Virus record (IMG/VR): IMGVR_UViG_3300021066_000001
DNA: 64,000 nt
DNA from: a virus
Lineage: Duplodnaviria; Heunggongvirae; Uroviricota; Caudoviricetes
Direction: 5' to 3' (one strand)
Part shown: in pieces, positions 60,586 through 64,000 of the stretch
How positions within the stretch are numbered: position 1 is the first letter of the stretch
Layout: every line of letters starts with the position of its first letter
The notes under the pieces: generated by a model
What the model saw: only the letters and a program-made list of their open reading frames with translations
What the model was told of the DNA's origin: nothing
The model's database searches: none
Position numbers and translations under genes: made by a program

Positions 60586-62610
60586 TTATTCAACGACCTC
60601 AAGAGCTAGGCCGCGGTAGCGCAAGAGCTTTTCCGTCGTGGCTGGATAGCACCCGAACTCCTCCAGTGACTTCGAGGCGGGACGTGAGGCGCCTCGCTTG
60701 AGAAACGAGTTATAGAAGCGACGTCCAGCTCCACGAAGTCCTGCCCTCTCGAACTCAGCGTAGACGTTCGCAGCGTACATCTCAGCCCAGAGATAACCGT
60801 AGTAGCCGACAGCGTAGCTGTCCATGTTCCCCGCGAAGAGGTGATGGAAGCCGCAGAGCAGGTTCGTGTCGTGCAGGTCGCCCAGGTAGGGAGCGTACTC
60901 GTCGATCAGCTTCGCCTCGATCTCCCACGGAGAGGTCTCCGAGCGATGAATCTCAAGGTCAAGCGTCGAGCGCTGGATCATTCTGGCTAGCTGATAACCC
61001 GTGTTGACGTGCTTGTTCGCGATCAACGCGTCGTAGAGAGTTTGTGGGATCTTCTCTCTCGACTTCCAGTGGGAAGCGACGTAGTCAAGAACGTTACGGT
61101 TCCAACAGAAGAACTCCATGAGCATCGAGGGAAGCTCGACGATGTCCCACTCGATCGCGCCGAGAGACGCGGTCTCGTACTCGCTCGAAGCGCAGGACAG
61201 CGCGTGCACGCAGTGACCCCACTCGTGGAAGATAGTTTGAAGCTCCTCGAAGTTCATCTTGCCGGGCGTGAAGTTGCAGTTTAAGTTTGCGGCAGGCGGG
61301 TAGATCTTTCCGCTGCTGCTCACCCTGCGACGAGAGAACTCGTCCATCCAGGCTCCGCCTGTCTTCTTCTCTCGAGCGTACAGGTCAACGTAGAGGAGAC
61401 CGTCTCCAACTCGAAAGACCCTCACTGAGGGGTGCCACGTTTGCACCTCCCTCGTCACCTCAATGATCTCGATCTCGTACATCTCGCGGGTCAGGTTGAT
61501 CAACCCCTCGAGAACGCCGTCGATGTCACGGAGATAGTCGTTGAGCACGACGCTGCTCAGACCGGTGCTTGAGCGAAACTTCTCCGTCAAGTACTCGAGG
61601 TCCCACGGCATCAGGTCGCTCTCGAACCCCCGTAGCTTTCCGAGCTCTCTGAGGCGGTCCAAGTCACGAGCTGCACCCTTCTTCGCGGAATCGGCCATCC
61701 GCTGGAGAAAGTCGCTGATCGTCTGAGGCGTGAGCGCCATCTTCTCGGAGGCAGCCAGATCTGCGTATGATCGAGTCGGGTCCTTGGTGATCGTCGTCGT
61801 GAGCTTCTTGCGAAGCTTGAGAATCTTGTTGATGATCTCAACGTTGCTGTACTTACCCGTGGTCGCGCGAGTCATCCGTGCCTGATAAAACAAGCGCCGC
61901 ACGTTACGGTCGTCGCAAAACTGCATGATCGCGTCATACGACGGATCTTGCATCGTGAAGACGTATCCGGTCAAGCCTCGCCGAGAGGCTTCCTCCTTGG
62001 CCGCGGCGAGCGCGTACTCTGGCAATCCCATGTGCCTCTGCCAATCCTCACAGCGCCAGTAAAACGCGTCGGTCGCTTCGAGAAGGTTGGTGTTGAACTT
62101 GGCGCTCAAGCTCGCTAGCTGGTGCACCGTCTTGTTGTAGATCTTGCGTTCACCCTCTTCTAGCTCGATGCCGCCCATCTTGAAGTCATAGATGATCGAC
62201 TCGAGGGCCTCACGCTGCTCTAACGTCAAGTCAGTGCGCTTTTCGAGGCTCAAGAAGCGAGCGTAGAGCTCATGGTTCTGGTTGAACCAGAGCTGGTAAT
62301 CATTGATCAGCTCTTGCGACTTGAGAAACGCGCGACGAACCTGAGGGGTTGACCTGACCTCGTTCAGGTGAGAGACGATCTGAAACGCTCTGTCGAAGGC
62401 CGCGTGCGCGTCATCGATCCGCTGCACGAAGTCCCACGACTCTGGAGCCGCCACCTCGTCGATGATCTTCTCCACCGTCGCGCGAGTCTGCGCCGCGATC
62501 ACCTTCATCGTCGAGTGGATCTTCGCGTGGTCGATGTCCGCGAAGCGGATCGGCCCCTCAAGATCGAGAAGAGGGTCTAGCTGGGTGAGAGACTGGGCGG
62601 AGGCAAACAT
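60586..62610 (-). CDS. M3-family zinc oligopeptidase (oligopeptidase A/Dcp/PepF-like)
   Basis: HEWGHCVH (HExxH) and a downstream Glu; 674 aa. Confidence 0.7.
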   Translation of the reverse strand: MFASAQSLTQLDPLLDLEGPIRFADIDHAKIHSTMKVIAAQTRATVEKIIDEVAAPESWDFVQRIDDAHAAFDRAFQIVSHLNEVRSTPQVRRAFLKSQELINDYQLWFNQNHELYARFLSLEKRTDLTLEQREALESIIYDFKMGGIELEEGERKIYNKTVHQLASLSAKFNTNLLEATDAFYWRCEDWQRHMGLPEYALAAAKEEASRRGLTGYVFTMQDPSYDAIMQFCDDRNVRRLFYQARMTRATTGKYSNVEIINKILKLRKKLTTTITKDPTRSYADLAASEKMALTPQTISDFLQRMADSAKKGAARDLDRLRELGKLRGFESDLMPWDLEYLTEKFRSSTGLSSVVLNDYLRDIDGVLEGLINLTREMYEIEIIEVTREVQTWHPSVRVFRVGDGLLYVDLYAREKKTGGAWMDEFSRRRVSSSGKIYPPAANLNCNFTPGKMNFEELQTIFHEWGHCVHALSCASSEYETASLGAIEWDIVELPSMLMEFFCWNRNVLDYVASHWKSREKIPQTLYDALIANKHVNTGYQLARMIQRSTLDLEIHRSETSPWEIEAKLIDEYAPYLGDLHDTNLLCGFHHLFAGNMDSYAVGYYGYLWAEMYAANVYAEFERAGLRGAGRRFYNSFLKRGASRPASKSLEEFGCYPATTEKLLRYRGLALEVVE

Positions 62611-62626
62611 CAGATCTCTTGTCCGA

Positions 62627-63130
62627 TCAACACGTTAGGTGCTTGGTGAGATCATATACCTGGTTGTACGTCAAGCCAAATTTATCCGCGACCATCTTGC
62701 GGATCGTGAGGTGACTGAGGAGAAAATCGTACTTTATGCGATGTTCGACCTCCTCGATGACCTGCTGCTCGACCTGGTGAGAGAGGATCTTGTGAGTGGC
62801 CAGAGCGTGCTCGATCTTGTTCTCTCGCCGATCGATCTTCTTGGCCCTGCCGTGCTTGCGGGGACGACCGCGCTTTCTCTTGACCTCGGGCTCAACCGAG
62901 TCGGGAATGACTTGCTCTCCGAGGAGGTAGGCCCAGAACGAGGGGACCTTCTTCTGGAGGACCTGCGAGGAGTCCTCGGTGAGACTGGGGATAGCGTCGC
63001 GAGCCTCTTGCTCCTGGGCGACCTGCTCTGCTAGCCCGTAGATCGAGTCACCCATCGGGTAGCCCATCGCTTCGACGTTCGGAACTGACTGCGGGATTAC
63101 TTCATCTTGCTCGGTTGAATTTTCGGCCAT
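62627..63130 (-). CDS. Hypothetical protein with basic AT-hook-like segment
   Basis: KRKRGRPRKHGRAKK. Confidence 0.45.
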   Translation of the reverse strand: MAENSTEQDEVIPQSVPNVEAMGYPMGDSIYGLAEQVAQEQEARDAIPSLTEDSSQVLQKKVPSFWAYLLGEQVIPDSVEPEVKRKRGRPRKHGRAKKIDRRENKIEHALATHKILSHQVEQQVIEEVEHRIKYDFLLSHLTIRKMVADKFGLTYNQVYDLTKHLTC

Positions 63131-63240
63131 GTAACATGTTGAAGGGAACTACTTATCTCAGTGAAGAGAGCAACGTCGTGAAACGAGGAAGTGGAAGATG
63201 GAGAGATTGTAACACATCTCTAGGAAACTAGAAATCGCGA

Positions 63241-63627
63241 TTACTTCTCGATGAAGCACTGGTTGACGAGGTCCATCGCGAGCTCCCCGCTCTCAAACTT
63301 TTTGCGAGCTTCTCCGAGCGGGATGAAGTAGTCGCGCGACGCGTCACGAACGTCACGGATCACGCGCGCGAAGGGTACTGGCTTGAAGGTCCGTGGTCCG
63401 CGCGAAGCTGGCCAACGCTTGTAGAGCTTGCGCTTCGTCATGACGGCGCGCTTGGCCGCTTGGCTGCGAGCGATGCGAGCTAGCTCGGCGGGAAGACATT
63501 TGGCGCAAACGTGGGGAGCACGTGGATCACCCACCGCTGGGGGAGCGAAGAGCTCTCCAGAATGTACGACCCTAGTGCATCTCTGGGTCACAGCTCTCGG
63601 TTCTTCACTGAGCTGTCCAGAGGCCAT
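63241..63627 (-). CDS. Hypothetical protein
   Basis: Trimmed from ORF 63241..63786 (the upstream part overlaps another ORF); start uncertain. Confidence 0.35.
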   Translation of the reverse strand: MASGQLSEEPRAVTQRCTRVVHSGELFAPPAVGDPRAPHVCAKCLPAELARIARSQAAKRAVMTKRKLYKRWPASRGPRTFKPVPFARVIRDVRDASRDYFIPLGEARKKFESGELAMDLVNQCFIEK

Positions 63628-63889
63628 GCGAGGCGAGTAGACGGCGCGCTTCCGCGAGATTGTCCTCATGCAGCTTGAGAACGGCTTGAAACTTCGGAAC
63701 GAGCGCGGCGAGACGCTCGTTAGGCGCGGCCTTGAGGGTGCGCTCGAGCTGCGCGACCTTGCGCGCGTACTCGTCGGTATTCGCACGAGCGCGCGCGTAC
63801 CTGTCGAGGAGAGCTTGCCAGGCGCGCGAGCGCGCCCTCTCCTGCGCTGAGACGCTCGGTGGGAAGAACCAAGTGAGAATAGAGAACAT
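63605..63889 (-). CDS. Hypothetical helical protein
   Basis: ORF track. Confidence 0.4.
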   Translation of the reverse strand: MFSILTWFFPPSVSAQERARSRAWQALLDRYARARANTDEYARKVAQLERTLKAAPNERLAALVPKFQAVLKLHEDNLAEARRLLASHGLWTAQ

Positions 63890-64000
63890 CAGTCGATGTA
63901 GCTCCAGATGCGGAGGCCGTTGACGCCGTGCTTCTCGAGGATCGCCTTGGCCGCCTCGGCGCAGGCCGTCATCAGGCCGTGCTCCTGGCGCATGCGGTAA
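63890..64000 (-). CDS. Hypothetical protein, C-terminal fragment (runs off window end)
   Basis: In-frame coding to the window edge ending ...GVNGLRIWSYID*. Confidence 0.35.

Noticed and set aside
1-64000. CRISPR arrays, rRNA genes, IS elements/transposases, integrase
   Set aside because: No spaced direct repeats, no rRNA-like stretches, no DDE/serine/tyrosine recombinase motifs found by eye.
1-64000. tRNA genes
   Set aside because: Intergenic gaps are short (mostly <60 nt) and the few longer gaps (19204..19367, 26365..26626, 47462..47678) showed no obvious cloverleaf. I cannot exclude tRNAs without tRNAscan-SE.

Overview
This 64 kb window is a densely packed, almost entirely minus-strand gene array from a high-GC bacteriophage with a T4-like core. 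I hand-curated ~115 features: roughly 100 CDSs plus promoters, one terminator and one repeat region.

Recognisable T4-type replication and nucleotide genes:
- a two-gene type II DNA topoisomerase (gp39/gp60-like and gp52-like subunits)
- a gp42-like dCMP hydroxymethylase, a thymidylate synthase, a gp1-like dNMP kinase and a dTMP-kinase-like kinase
- two MazG/all-alpha NTP pyrophosphatases
- an Rnl1-type RNA ligase, a PNK-like P-loop kinase and an HNH endonuclease

Accessory metabolism and candidate anti-defence genes:
- a NAD-salvage pair (NAMPT plus a bifunctional NMNAT-Nudix protein, NARP2-like)
- an APRT, a small HD-domain (p)ppGpp hydrolase, an MBL-fold RNase Z/Apyc1-like hydrolase, a WGR-PARP-like ADP-ribosyltransferase and an amidinotransferase-superfamily enzyme
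- CoA-pathway pieces: a CoaB-like fusion protein and a CoaE-CoaD fusion protein
- an ABC importer operon whose substrate-binding protein is fused to an OmpA-like domain, plus a second (TAXI-like) binding protein cut off at the window start
- membrane-stress-type proteins (PspA/IM30-like, SPFH), Hsp20 and an M3 oligopeptidase

A short plus-strand island (55.9-59.7 kb) carries a 716-aa collagen-like fibre protein with internal tandem repeats, a Pol-beta-type nucleotidyltransferase, a small HEPN-like protein and a ParB-like protein.

The most novel candidate is immediately upstream of that fibre gene and next to the dCMP hydroxymethylase and a MazG. It consists of two paralogous GT-A (GT2)-TPR glycosyltransferases, one fused to an N-terminal SAM methyltransferase. 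The two hypotheses are hm-cytosine DNA glycosylation by a non-T4 GT fold, or glycosylation of the collagen-like fibre.

Other sequence-level observations:
- recurrent T4-early-like promoters (GTTTAC-N18-TATAAT), extended -10 promoters sitting 6-8 nt from start codons (leaderless), and T4-late-like TATAAATA-type motifs
- pervasive ATGA/GTGA stop-start overlaps
- two unannotated tandem paralogous GTG-start mini-genes
- two further paralog families

No rRNA, CRISPR array or obvious transposon was seen. tRNAs cannot be excluded by eye.
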